Positions 1 through 8,932 of a stretch of DNA of 64,000 nucleotides are shown here, in pieces. Source of the DNA: Acidobacteriota bacterium (GTDB lineage: Bacteria > Acidobacteriota > Thermoanaerobaculia > Multivoradales > JAGPDF01); assembly GCA_039933785.1 (NCBI GenBank), contig JBDTNL010000007.1:5466-69465 (forward strand), written 5' to 3'. The notes beneath the pieces are model-generated. The model searched no databases and was not told where the DNA came from. It saw nothing but the letters and a program-made list of their open reading frames with translations. Numbering within the stretch: the stretch's first letter is position 1; the number at the start of each line of letters is the position of its first letter. The translations under genes were made by a program, and so were the position numbers.

Positions 1-1648
1 TGATGTAGCCCAGCGACTTCAGGTGTTCCAGGCGCACGGCGCGCTCCTCGACCGTCAGATCGTCGAGAGCTGGATCCTCAACGTGCTCCGCCTGATTGCC
101 AGTGGCAATCTGTGGCTGCTCCCAGAACGCGAAGCGCTCAGCGGCGCCGGGAGGCGACGAGACCTCGACGCAGAGTCGCACCGTCTGAAGCGCGTAGCCC
201 TCGAGCGAGAGCGAGCGCTTTCGCCAGGCCTCGCTGCCGGCGCCGATTTGATCGTTGAGCAGCTCCACGGGGGCGGCGGAGCCTCGATTGGATTCGGAGC
301 CGAGTTTCTCCACCCGCACGGTGAATACCGGCGAGGGCAAGTCGGTCTTGGGCTCCCGCGTGCGATCCACCCCATAGGCCACATCGAGCCGGGCAGCAAG
401 AGGCAGCAGGACTTCGCCGCAGCCACCGTCTCCCGCGAGTACCGTATGCGGCTGGCCGTCGATGAGGACATTCTGGCGCGCGCCCCGGCGAGCGAACCGG
501 TAGGCGTCGGGATCGACAAAACGGTAGCCCTCCGCTGGCGTGACAGCGCGCTCAGGCTGAGGAGCAAGCGCCGCCAGCTGAGGGCAGGCGTTTTTCGCGA
601 CCCGCAGGGCACGCACCGGCTCGTAGGGTGGCGCCCATTCCCATGCCAGCTCGCCTTGGTGATCGATCTCGAACACTCGGCCGCCGCGAGTCGACGTGAT
701 CAGAATGTTGCCATTCGGCAGCGCCTGTTGGAGACCCGAAGTCGGACTGAAAAAACCCGGCGCCTTGTAGCGCCACACTACCTTGTCAGTACTGGGGGCG
801 ATCTCGAGGATCTCGCTCTGGCGATCCGAGCGGAAGGCCGCCGGCCGGTTGTTGAAGATCTGGATGTGGCCCTGGCGCGGCTCGCCCGTGGCGTTCATAT
901 GCGCCTCGTGCTGTCGATCCAGACCCTGGTTGAACCACCAAACCACGTCGCCGCTCGGGCGTTCGACCACGAAGACGAGATTCAAGTTGCGCGCCGAGAG
1001 TAGAAGGCTCCCGGGTCTGAACCGCCGGTCACCCGCGGTGTACCAGGGATTCTCAGGCAGCTCCTGGAGCGAGTTGATGTGCGTGAGATCGCTCGGGTGG
1101 GCGGGCTTCTTCGGCAGCAGCGCACCGAGATGCTCGGCGGCGCGCCAGCTCCAGACGACCTTGCCGGCGCGATCGACCTCGAGCAAGGTGTCATCGCCCT
1201 CGCCATTGCGGAGCAGGAGAACCAGGGTGTTCCCGTTCGCCAGTCGCAGCACGTCGTGGTGCGGAATGGCGTCGGGAGTCGCGAACTCCCAGGTCTTGTT
1301 CCCGTCCCAGTCGTACTCGACGACTTGCCGCCCGAGCCCGATACCGAGGATCGAGCCGTCGGGGAGGAGGCGCACCCGCGACTTGATGCGCGCCCGCGGC
1401 CAACCGTGGACCGGCCGGCCGTTCATGTCGAGCAGGACCGGAATGCGCGATTCGTGGAGCGTCAGCGTGTAGCCGTTGGAGGCCCGCTGCGGGTCATAGA
1501 TAGTGACCCACTCCGGGCGCACCGGCCGGATGGCGTTGGCCTCGCGAGCGGCCTTGGCCGCGGTCGCCTGATCTGGCGTTGCGCGGCAGGCAAGGGCGCC
1601 GAGCGCGGCGAGGGTCAGCAGGACCTGCGCCTGGAGCGGGTGTCTCAC
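1..1648 (-). CDS. Partial CDS (start in window, 3' end beyond window start): secreted protein/possible lipoprotein with arylsulfotransferase (ASST)-like beta-propeller region; distal gene of the wzm-wzt operon
   Basis: Absent from supplied ORF track. Manual minus-strand translation in the frame with codons on + coords 1646-1648 down to 2-4 is open for 549 codons with no stop; GTG start 1648..1646 overlaps the wzt TGA stop (GTGA). N-term MRHPLQAQVLLTLAALGALAC = signal peptide ending in Cys; internal motifs DAIPHHDVLRLANGNTLVLL, WWFNQG, NGNILITSTRGGRVFEID resemble ASST-type propeller blades; strong GC3 bias in this frame. Confidence 0.6.
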   Translation of the reverse strand, partial: MRHPLQAQVLLTLAALGALACRATPDQATAAKAAREANAIRPVRPEWVTIYDPQRASNGYTLTLHESRIPVLLDMNGRPVHGWPRARIKSRVRLLPDGSILGIGLGRQVVEYDWDGNKTWEFATPDAIPHHDVLRLANGNTLVLLLRNGEGDDTLLEVDRAGKVVWSWRAAEHLGALLPKKPAHPSDLTHINSLQELPENPWYTAGDRRFRPGSLLLSARNLNLVFVVERPSGDVVWWFNQGLDRQHEAHMNATGEPRQGHIQIFNNRPAAFRSDRQSEILEIAPSTDKVVWRYKAPGFFSPTSGLQQALPNGNILITSTRGGRVFEIDHQGELAWEWAPPYEPVRALRVAKNACPQLAALAPQPERAVTPAEGYRFVDPDAYRFARRGARQNVLIDGQPHTVLAGDGGCGEVLLPLAARLDVAYGVDRTREPKTDLPSPVFTVRVEKLGSESNRGSAAPVELLNDQIGAGSEAWRKRSLSLEGYALQTVRLCVEVSSPPGAAERFAFWEQPQIATGNQAEHVEDPALDDLTVEERAVRLEHLKSLGYI

Positions 1649-2925
1649 TTCGAGCGCACGATCGCAACGCCGCGTGAGAACTCCCACCGGTGCTCGGGCG
1701 CGTAGACCCCAACGCCGGGCTGGTCCTCGGTGACCGTGAAGGCAAGGAGACTGCGCCGGTAGTCGTAGGGCTTGCCGTCCCGCGCGTGCACCGCCAGGTC
1801 GAGCTCGTACTCGCCGGCGGCCAGGCGAAGCGCTGGACAGACGATGCGCACCACCACCTCGCCTTCGAGTCGCTGCGCTTCGAACCCGTCCACACTGGTG
1901 TTGGTGCCCCAGCATTCGACCCCGCGAGGTGTGGAGATCGCGACGCCGAAGACGAAATCGTCGAGCGGGCGCGCGGCCCGCGCGGCGACCTCGATCGCCA
2001 CCGACTCGCCGCTCGAGAGGACGTAGCGCTCCTCGGCTGCGTCGCCGCAGAGCAGGCGCGCGCCGGTGATCTCGGCCTCGCGCGAGCCCCAGCGCAGGGG
2101 GTTCGCGACGCCTGCCCCGTTGGGGGCCTGATTCTGCTCGCGCTGCTCTTCCGCGTGCTCCCGGCCTTCTTCCTCGGCGACCGCCAGGCGGTAGGCGTCG
2201 ATCACGCGTCGGGGTTCACCGAGCAAGCGGGGCGTTCCGTGGTCGAGCCACAGCACACGGTCGCAGATGTCCTCCATCAAACCGAGCGAGTGGCTGACCA
2301 GGAGCAACGTGCGCCCGGCGGCGAGCATCTCCTCGATCCGGCGGAGGCCGCGATGCGCGAAGGCCTCGTCGCCGACCGACAGCACTTCATCGACCAGCAG
2401 GATGTCGGGATCGGTGTGAACAGCGACCGCGAACCCCAGCCGTACGTACATGCCCGAGGAGTAGTTCTTGACCGGCTCGTCGATGAATTCGGCGAGCCCG
2501 GAGAACTCGACGATCTCGTCGAAGCGACGGTTGACTTCGGCGCGCGTGAGGCCCAGAACCGCGGCGTTGATGTACACGTTCTCGCGGCCCGATATCTCGG
2601 GATGGAAACCGGCGCCGAGCTCGATCAGGGCGGAGACGCGGCCATCGACCACCACCCGTCCGCCGCTCGGTTTGAGAATGCCGGCGACCACCTTGAGCAG
2701 CGTCGACTTGCCCGAACCGTTGCCGCCGATCAAGCCGAACGCCTCGCCGCGAGCGACGGTGAACGAAATGTCGTGGAGTGCCGAGATCGCTTCCTCGGGC
2801 TTCAGTCCTTGGACGAGACTGCGATCGAACAATGCGCTCTTGAGCGTGCGCAAGTGGTGACCGGGCGCCGAGCGCCGGTAGAGCTTGCTCAGGCCTTCGA
2901 CGGTGATCGCCGGAGGGCCACTCAT
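1645..2925 (-). CDS. wzt: ABC transporter ATP-binding protein, polysaccharide/O-antigen export type (Wzt/TagH-like) with C-terminal Wzt_C-like carbohydrate-binding domain
   Basis: Real start at internal Met (cat at 2923-2925): MSGPPAITVEGLSKLY...; Walker A GGNGSGKST, signature YSSGM, Walker B ILLVDE; about 170-aa C-terminal non-ABC extension. 5' part of the listed 619-aa ORF is out-of-frame junk overlapping wzm. Confidence 0.88.
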   Translation of the reverse strand: MSGPPAITVEGLSKLYRRSAPGHHLRTLKSALFDRSLVQGLKPEEAISALHDISFTVARGEAFGLIGGNGSGKSTLLKVVAGILKPSGGRVVVDGRVSALIELGAGFHPEISGRENVYINAAVLGLTRAEVNRRFDEIVEFSGLAEFIDEPVKNYSSGMYVRLGFAVAVHTDPDILLVDEVLSVGDEAFAHRGLRRIEEMLAAGRTLLLVSHSLGLMEDICDRVLWLDHGTPRLLGEPRRVIDAYRLAVAEEEGREHAEEQREQNQAPNGAGVANPLRWGSREAEITGARLLCGDAAEERYVLSSGESVAIEVAARAARPLDDFVFGVAISTPRGVECWGTNTSVDGFEAQRLEGEVVVRIVCPALRLAAGEYELDLAVHARDGKPYDYRRSLLAFTVTEDQPGVGVYAPEHRWEFSRGVAIVRSK

Positions 2926-2930
2926 TGGGC

Positions 2931-3734
2931 TCACGCTGCCTCCACCAGGGTGTCGCTCAAGCGGTCGAACAGGCTGGCGCCGAGCACCCAGCCGAGCAGC
3001 GAGACCAGGATCATCTGCAGCCACAGCGAGACGTCCGGCACCGTGCTGAAGAACAGCAGCTGTTGGTAGGCGAGAGTGAACGGCGTGAAGGGATTGATGC
3101 GAACCAGTACCCACAAAGGCTTGATGCCGACCGCGGCCAGCGGATAGATCACCGGTGTCATGAAGAACAGCAGAGTCAGCAGATTGTTGAGAATGTCCTT
3201 CACGTCCTTGAAATGAACGTTGAGCGCCGCGAGACCGAGCGCCAGCCCGCAGACCAGGGGCAGCTCGAGCAGGATCACCACCGGCAGCAAGAGCACCTCG
3301 AAGCCGCCGACGGGATAGCCCATGGCGCGCCCGACGAAGAGCGCTGTCAGCAGCACTGGCAACGCGAGCAGGAAATGCACCAGATTCGAGAACACCGCCA
3401 CGATGGGCAGCAGCGCGGCGGGAAATACGGCCTTGCGAATAAGACCCGCGTTGCTGATCAGGGACATCGCCCCCTCGAGCAGCGAGCTCGAGAGCCAGAT
3501 CCACGGGAACAACCCGGTGATGAGGAACAAGGCGTACGGATCGGTCCCCCCGGCGTGTTGGGGCCGGAAGACGTAACCGAAGACGAAGCTGTAGACCGCG
3601 AGCAGCAGCGTGGGGTTCACCAACGACCAGAAGAACCCGAGCACGGATCCCCGGTAGCGCGCCTTGAGCTCACGCCCGACCAGCGCGAACAGCAGGCTCT
3701 TAAACTGCAGGATCTGGCGGGCGATTCGCAACAT
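2931..3734 (-). CDS. wzm: ABC-2 type polysaccharide export permease (Wzm/KpsM/TagG-like)
   Basis: 267 aa, six TM segments, typical ABC-2 N-terminus LRELKARYRGSVLGFFWSLVNP; 6 bp upstream of wzt. Confidence 0.85.
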   Translation of the reverse strand: MLRIARQILQFKSLLFALVGRELKARYRGSVLGFFWSLVNPTLLLAVYSFVFGYVFRPQHAGGTDPYALFLITGLFPWIWLSSSLLEGAMSLISNAGLIRKAVFPAALLPIVAVFSNLVHFLLALPVLLTALFVGRAMGYPVGGFEVLLLPVVILLELPLVCGLALGLAALNVHFKDVKDILNNLLTLLFFMTPVIYPLAAVGIKPLWVLVRINPFTPFTLAYQQLLFFSTVPDVSLWLQMILVSLLGWVLGASLFDRLSDTLVEAA

Positions 3735-3770
3735 GGAGGGCGCGGGCGGCGGAGCGGCGAAACGCCCGCT

Positions 3771-4391
3771 CTAGCCGTGCAGGTGGTTGAGAAACTGCTC
3801 GTGAATCTGAGCCCGCAAGGCCGCAAGTCGGGCGGGCTGGGGCGCGCTCTTTTGCGCCTCGCGAATGATCACGTGCGGCAGGCCGGGCTCGTCCTTGTAC
3901 TGCTCGTGGCGCTCGATACCGCGGAAGACTTCGAGTGCGCTCTCGCCGTAGTCGCATGCGCGGACCGGTGCGAAGCCGCAAGAGGTCAGGGTCTCGTCAA
4001 GAAATTCAGGATTCCAGATGAACTGATGCCCCCAGCCGTGGAAGGCTCGGTTGGCGGCGATCGCCATCTCGCGCTTTTCCTCTGCCGTCGCCTTCTGGCG
4101 ATAGTGGGTGGCCCACACCCAGTCGAGGTTGGGCGTCGAAAGGCGAATCCAGGCCCCGGGCGCGAGCACGCGGTGCGCCTCGAGCAAGAAGGCAATCGCG
4201 TCGGTGACGAACAGGTGCTCGAGGAAATGCTCGGCGAACACCGCGCTCGCGTTCTCGAACTTCAACCCCTTGGTGACGTCCGCGACCACGTCGACACCCG
4301 GGATGTCCTGAAAGTCGACGTTCACCCAGCCTTCGAGCCGTTTGTTGCCTGAGCCGATATGGAGCCGGGATCCGGCGGGATAGCGCGTCAT
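3771..4391 (-). CDS. Class I SAM-dependent methyltransferase (Methyltransf_11/23-like), first gene of polysaccharide export operon
   Basis: 206 aa; HIGSGNKRLEGWVNVD glycine-rich SAM motif region, ...IRLSTPN post-II motif; GC3-rich frame. Confidence 0.7.
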   Translation of the reverse strand: MTRYPAGSRLHIGSGNKRLEGWVNVDFQDIPGVDVVADVTKGLKFENASAVFAEHFLEHLFVTDAIAFLLEAHRVLAPGAWIRLSTPNLDWVWATHYRQKATAEEKREMAIAANRAFHGWGHQFIWNPEFLDETLTSCGFAPVRACDYGESALEVFRGIERHEQYKDEPGLPHVIIREAQKSAPQPARLAALRAQIHEQFLNHLHG

Positions 4392-4394
4392 AGA

Positions 4395-4449
4395 CCGTCA
4401 AGTCTACGAGATTGGGAGCGAGTCGCGGCGGCCGCTTTCAATAGACTGC
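4395..4449. promoter_or_regulatory. Divergent promoter region with TAGAC-N6-GTCTA inverted repeat plus a third TAGAC half-site
   Basis: atagaccgtcaagtctac ... aatagactgcg between MTase (-) start 4391 and membrane protein (+) start 4459. Confidence 0.35.
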
Positions 4450-4458
4450 GTCGCAGCC

Positions 4459-6750
4459 ATGCACGAGCCGCTCGCGTCAGTAGCTCCCGGGATGCTCGTC
4501 CTAGTGGTCTTTGTCCTCATGGCCGGCGCTCTGCGCCGCTGGTGGGATCCGGTTCCGTGGCGAATTTGCGGCCTGTTTGGATTGGTCCTCGTGGCCTTCT
4601 TGGGGCGGGCCCTCTTCGCTGGCGCGACGCTGTTGCCGATCGACGGTCTGCGAGGCCGCGCGCCGTTTCTTGCGGTGGCTCCGGCCATGCCGCACGCGAA
4701 CCCGCTGCAGGGCGACCTCCTCCAGCTGGTGGCGCCGTCCTTGACCGCTGTGCAAACGGCCTACGCCGCGGGGGAGTGGCCCCTGTGGAACGACCGTGTC
4801 GGCGCCGGCATGCCTTTGCTTGCCGATCCGCAAGCGCAGGCGCTCCAGCCGCTCGCGGTGCTCGGCCTCCTCTTGCCGATGACAGCTGCCGCGGGGGCTC
4901 TGGCGGCACTTCGCATGCTGACGGCTTTCGTGTTCACCTTCCTGCTCTTGCGCCGGATGCAATGTGGCGAGATCGCCGCCGTTACCGGGGCACTCGCCTG
5001 GGGATGCGGTGGCTTTGTCCAACTCTGGCTTGGCTGGCCACTGGCGAACGTGGCGGTGCTGTTGCCGTACGTGCTCTATGGCGTCGCGATGCTCGATGAG
5101 CGAGGTACGCGACGCGATGAGTTCCTGCTGGTGATGGCGCTTGCTACCTTCCTGCTCGCCGGGCATCCGGAAGCGATTCTCTATGGCTCTGTGTTGACGC
5201 TTGGCTTCGCGCTGTCGCGCTGGGCCGCGCGCTCACGGCCTCGGCGTCTGGAGTTGACTCTGCGGTTGACGCGGTCGGTGATCGTGGCGGCGCTTCTCGC
5301 CGCTCCCGCCCTTCTGCCTGCTGCCCAGTTGCTGCCGCGGAGCGCCCGCGCTCAGGCTTTGCGCAGCTCCTCGCTCCGCCACTCGGAACGCGCCGCGGTT
5401 GAGCTTCCGGGGCACGATGCTTCGGCTGCTGTGAGCTTCTCGCCGATTGCCCTTCGCCTCGTGCCACTTGCCGCGCCGAACGCCTTCGGCAACGGGCGGT
5501 ACGCCGATCCATCGGGCATCGAGTACTGGGGCTGGAGCAACACCAACGAGGATGCGAGCGGATTCGTGGGCTCGGGGATGCTATTGCTCGCGCTCCTCGC
5601 GCTGCGCCCTTGGGGAGCCGTAAGGCGTAGGGCGGAGGAGCGGCTCTTTGCCGCGGCGCTCCTGATTTCAGTCGCAGTGTTGGCGCTGCCGCCGTCTTGG
5701 CCCGCCCGCCTGCCCTTAGTCGGACAAGGCCAACGGGTGCTCCTGATCGCAGGTCTTTCCTGCGCGGTGCTCGGGGCCTGCGAGCTCGATCGGCGCCTTC
5801 AAGGCGGTCCGGCGGCCCGCGACCTGCTGGTGGGAGCGGTCCTGCTCGGCGGTTTTGTCGTGTGGGCGACTCTTGCCCACGCGCACCCGCAGCACCCCGA
5901 GGCGATGGCCGTCGTGCGTCTTGGATCCATGAAGCTCGAGCTCAAGGTGCTGGCAGCGAGCGTCCTTTTTCTGGCGTTCGTTCGACGGTACAAGGTGGCT
6001 CGAGTTGGAGTCGCCGCGGCTCTTGTATGGGAGCTGCTGATGCTGCATGGCCCGGCCAATCCAGCGGCCGAGCTCGCACTGCCGCGAACTCCGGCGGTCG
6101 TGTACCTGAGCTCCCGCCTGGGGACGTCCCGCATGGTGGCGCTGGGCCGGGCGTTTCCCGCCAACCAGCCGGCGCTATTCGGCCTCGCCGACGCGCGCCT
6201 CTACAATCCCTCGCAGCCGGCCGCCGAGGATGCGCTGCTGGCGCCGCTGCTGGTCGTGCCGCGCGGCAACGTGCCTGAAGTTCTTCGCCCGGACGACCCG
6301 CTACTCGATCGCCTCGCCGTTCGATATGTCCTGACCGAACGGGGAGCTCCGATGCCGGCGGCCCTGCGAAGAGCGTTCGAGGACGATACGTCGACGGTCT
6401 ACGAGCGCGCCTCGGCGAAGTCGCTGGTGTCGATCGAGCCGCCGCAGGACTCCACGTGGAACGGCGTTCGCGTCGCACCCGAGCATTGGCGCGTGATCAC
6501 GCAGCTGGCCGGCGCGCGCGCGGTCGCCGCGGGGATTTTCCAAGACGGCAATTGGTTGACGCTGGCTGACCGAACCGCGGTCGAGACTGCGCCAGGACCC
6601 TGGGTGGGAGCCTCGGTCCCGGCGAAGGCCGAGCGGGTCGACCTGATCTACCGACCGCTCGCGGCCCTCTTCGGATTCCTGCTCGCCGGATTGGGAATCG
6701 GTTGGCTTCTGGCGATGCTGGGCAGACCTCGCTACACTGGGGACCCCTAA
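4459..6750 (+). CDS. Large polytopic integral membrane protein (about 12 TM N-terminal domain plus periplasmic C-terminal domain), YfhO/polymer-glycosyltransferase-like; function unknown
   Basis: 763 aa, ATG at 4459; many hydrophobic helices, C-terminal soluble region; divergent from O-PS operon. Confidence 0.6.
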   Translation: MHEPLASVAPGMLVLVVFVLMAGALRRWWDPVPWRICGLFGLVLVAFLGRALFAGATLLPIDGLRGRAPFLAVAPAMPHANPLQGDLLQLVAPSLTAVQTAYAAGEWPLWNDRVGAGMPLLADPQAQALQPLAVLGLLLPMTAAAGALAALRMLTAFVFTFLLLRRMQCGEIAAVTGALAWGCGGFVQLWLGWPLANVAVLLPYVLYGVAMLDERGTRRDEFLLVMALATFLLAGHPEAILYGSVLTLGFALSRWAARSRPRRLELTLRLTRSVIVAALLAAPALLPAAQLLPRSARAQALRSSSLRHSERAAVELPGHDASAAVSFSPIALRLVPLAAPNAFGNGRYADPSGIEYWGWSNTNEDASGFVGSGMLLLALLALRPWGAVRRRAEERLFAAALLISVAVLALPPSWPARLPLVGQGQRVLLIAGLSCAVLGACELDRRLQGGPAARDLLVGAVLLGGFVVWATLAHAHPQHPEAMAVVRLGSMKLELKVLAASVLFLAFVRRYKVARVGVAAALVWELLMLHGPANPAAELALPRTPAVVYLSSRLGTSRMVALGRAFPANQPALFGLADARLYNPSQPAAEDALLAPLLVVPRGNVPEVLRPDDPLLDRLAVRYVLTERGAPMPAALRRAFEDDTSTVYERASAKSLVSIEPPQDSTWNGVRVAPEHWRVITQLAGARAVAAGIFQDGNWLTLADRTAVETAPGPWVGASVPAKAERVDLIYRPLAALFGFLLAGLGIGWLLAMLGRPRYTGDP

Positions 6751-6770
6751 ACGACGAGGAGATTGATCCT

Positions 6771-6797
6771 ATGAAGCCCATGAAGCCCATGAAGCCC
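6771..6797 (+). repeat. Perfect 9-bp tandem repeat x3 (ATGAAGCCC) encoding MKPMKPMKP at the FKBP start
   Basis: atgaagccc atgaagccc atgaagccc atg aac read directly. Confidence 0.9.
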
Positions 6798-7262
6798 ATG
6801 AACTACAGTCGGACTGCACTCGCGGTCGCCGCTCTTGTGGCGGTCGCTGCCCTGACGACCTCCGTCCACGCCGAGGACGCCAAGAAGGCAGCCACCGCGG
6901 AGACCAAGAAAGTGAGCAATGTCGTGACCACTGCCAGCGGATTGAAGTACGAAGACTTGAAGGTCGGCGACGGCCCGACGGCCCAGGTCGGAAGCACCGT
7001 CGGCATGCGCTACACCGGCACGTTTCCCGACGGCAAGATCTTCGACTCGAACGCCGGAGCCAACGGGCAGCCGTACGTACTCAAGGTCGGGGCGCACGAG
7101 GTCATCAAGGGTTGGGACGAAGGCATTCCCGGCATGAGGGTAGGCGGCAAGCGCAAGCTCACAGTTCCGCCGGAGCTCGCCTACGGAGAGCGCGGCTATC
7201 CGGGCGCCATCCCGCCGAACGCGACGCTGATCTTCGAAGTCGAGCTTTTGAGCGTCAAGTAA
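6771..7262 (+). CDS. FKBP-type peptidyl-prolyl cis-trans isomerase, secreted (FkpA/FklB-like)
   Basis: GAGGAG RBS 10 nt upstream of ATG 6771; signal peptide ...[15 protein letters not shown]; FKBP motifs [46 protein letters not shown]-track 5' extension (from 6702) overlaps upstream gene. Confidence 0.85.
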   Translation: MKPMKPMKPMNYSRTALAVAALVAVAALTTSVHAEDAKKAATAETKKVSNVVTTASGLKYEDLKVGDGPTAQVGSTVGMRYTGTFPDGKIFDSNAGANGQPYVLKVGAHEVIKGWDEGIPGMRVGGKRKLTVPPELAYGERGYPGAIPPNATLIFEVELLSVK

Positions 7263-7295
7263 CCGCGTCTCGCGGCCAGCGAAGTCGAACAGAGG

Positions 7296-7320
7296 GCGAG
7301 CTCTCGGGCTCGCTTTTTTT
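7296..7320 (+). terminator. Rho-independent terminator after FKBP gene
   Basis: GCGAGC-tctcgg-GCTCGC perfect 6-bp stem followed by TTTTTTT. Confidence 0.8.
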
Positions 7321-7345
7321 CTTGCTCTCGAAATATGGAGGATGC

Positions 7346-8926
7346 ATGACCCAGAGCTTCTCGCGCCCCATGTTCGTCGCGTCTTTGACTCTCGCGTCTT
7401 TGATCGTGGTGCGCGACGCTGCCGGCGCCTCAAATTCCCCGCGGCTGGATCAGATTCGCGCCTGGACGAACGCGCACCAGCGCGACCTGATGACGGAGTT
7501 CACGACGCTCCTCGCCATCCCCAACGTCGCTTCGGACTCGACCGGAATCGAGCGCAACGCCGAGACGATCGCTTCGATGATGGAGCGCCGGCAGCTCTCG
7601 CCGCGCCTCCTTCGCCTGACGGGTGAAACGACGCCACCACTGGTGGTCGGAGAGTGGAAGCGCCCGGGCGCCAAGGCCTGGCTGACGTACTACGCCCACT
7701 ATGACGGTCAGCCGGTCGATCCCAAGCAGTGGTCGACACCTCCTTGGGAACCTGTTCTCCACGGCGAAGACGGGAAGACTCTCGATTGGCGAACGGCACT
7801 CTCCACTCCGGCGGCGGTGCTGCCGCCGGAGGCCCGGCTCTATGCCCGCTCGACGGGAGACGACAAGGCCGCGGTCTTCGGACTCCTGGCGGCCGTTGAT
7901 GCGTTGCGCGCCGCCGGCGGCATGCCGGGCGTCAACCTGCGCTTCGTGTTCGAAGGCGAGGAAGAGGCCGGATCTCCGCACTTGGCCGCACTGCTCGATC
8001 AACACTCGGCAGAGTTGCGGACTAACGCCTGGATACTCTGCGACGGCCCGCTCCATCCGAGCCGACGCCCCGAAGTCTTCTTCGGCGCGCGCGGTGTCGT
8101 GGGGCTCGAGCTCACGGTGTACGGCGCCAACCACGGGCTGCATAGCGGGCACTACGGCAATTGGGCTCCCGATCCCACGGCGATGCTCGTGCACCTGCTC
8201 GACGGCATGCGCGATGAAGAAGGCGCGATCACTATCGACGGCTTCTACGACGAGGTCCGCCCGCTCTCGGCGTCCGAGCGCGCGGCATTGGCCGAGGTGC
8301 CCGATGTGGACGACGCGCTACGCAAAGAACTTGGCATAGCGCGCAGCTTGGGATTGCCGGAGCGTCTGGCAGAGAGGATTCAACGACCCGCCCTCAATCT
8401 GCACGGCCTCGAGGCCGGACGCGTCGGCGCACTCGCTTCGAACACCGTGCAAGCTGAAGCCCGCGCCTCGATCGATTTTCGCCTGGTGCCCGATCAGACG
8501 CTCGCAGGCCTGCGCAAGGCCGTCGAACGCCACCTGGAGCGGCGCGGTTGGTTTCTGGTCAGCGCTGCGCCCGATGCGGCGATTCGTCTGGCGCACGCGC
8601 GCATCGTGCGACTCGAATGGGGCGCCGGATACCCGGCGGCCCGCACGGCGCTCGACCTGCCGCTCGCGCAGCAGCTGGTCGCCAGCGTCTCGGCAGCAGC
8701 CGGCGTGCCAGTGGTGCGGATGCCCATGCTCGGCGGCAGCATCCCGATGGTGATCTTTCAGGGCAAGGATCACCAAATCCCGGTGGTCGGATTGCCGATT
8801 GCCAACCACGACGACAATCAGCACACGCAAGACGAGAACCTGCGCCTGCAGAACCTGTGGGACGGAATCGCCGCCTATGCTGCCGCGTTTGCGGGCATCG
8901 ACGAGCACGCGTTTACCGGTCGCTAG
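7346..8926 (+). CDS. M20 family metallopeptidase (dipeptidase, ArgE/DapE/CPG2-like), secreted
   Basis: GGAGGA RBS then ATG 7346; signal-like N-term; HYDGQP..., STGDDKAAV, EGEEEAGS, and C-terminal HTQDENL motifs typical of M20 peptidases. Upstream part of listed ORF (from 7112) overlaps FKBP. Confidence 0.8.
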   Translation: MTQSFSRPMFVASLTLASLIVVRDAAGASNSPRLDQIRAWTNAHQRDLMTEFTTLLAIPNVASDSTGIERNAETIASMMERRQLSPRLLRLTGETTPPLVVGEWKRPGAKAWLTYYAHYDGQPVDPKQWSTPPWEPVLHGEDGKTLDWRTALSTPAAVLPPEARLYARSTGDDKAAVFGLLAAVDALRAAGGMPGVNLRFVFEGEEEAGSPHLAALLDQHSAELRTNAWILCDGPLHPSRRPEVFFGARGVVGLELTVYGANHGLHSGHYGNWAPDPTAMLVHLLDGMRDEEGAITIDGFYDEVRPLSASERAALAEVPDVDDALRKELGIARSLGLPERLAERIQRPALNLHGLEAGRVGALASNTVQAEARASIDFRLVPDQTLAGLRKAVERHLERRGWFLVSAAPDAAIRLAHARIVRLEWGAGYPAARTALDLPLAQQLVASVSAAAGVPVVRMPMLGGSIPMVIFQGKDHQIPVVGLPIANHDDNQHTQDENLRLQNLWDGIAAYAAAFAGIDEHAFTGR

Positions 8927-8932
8927 GCTGCC

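Noticed and set aside
23-1705. Long + strand ORFs 23..1003 (326 aa), 783..1472, 1079..1705 and minus ORFs 55..612, 552..776, 982..1206, 1191..1403, 1494..1895
   Set aside because: Translations are Arg/Ala/Gly-rich with no motifs. They are alternative frames or antisense of the real minus-strand ASST-like gene, which has protein-like sequence and consistent GC3 bias.
1690-4352. ORFs 1690..3069+ (459 aa), 2925..4352+ (475 aa), 2468..2860+, 3700..3981-
   Set aside because: Antisense or out-of-frame relative to wzt, wzm and the methyltransferase; junk composition (R/E/Q/H-rich).
4404-6799. Numerous ORFs inside the membrane protein gene (4501..5166-, 4517..4909-, 5144..5512-, 5697..6278+, 5942..6478-, 6497..6799-)
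   Set aside because: Typical high-GC shadow ORFs; Arg/Pro-rich translations; the 4459..6750+ frame has TM-helix periodicity and GC3 bias.
7430-8194. ORF 7430..8194- (254 aa) and 7701..8339+ (212 aa)
   Set aside because: Overlap the M20 peptidase frame, which carries clear peptidase motifs; these have junk composition.
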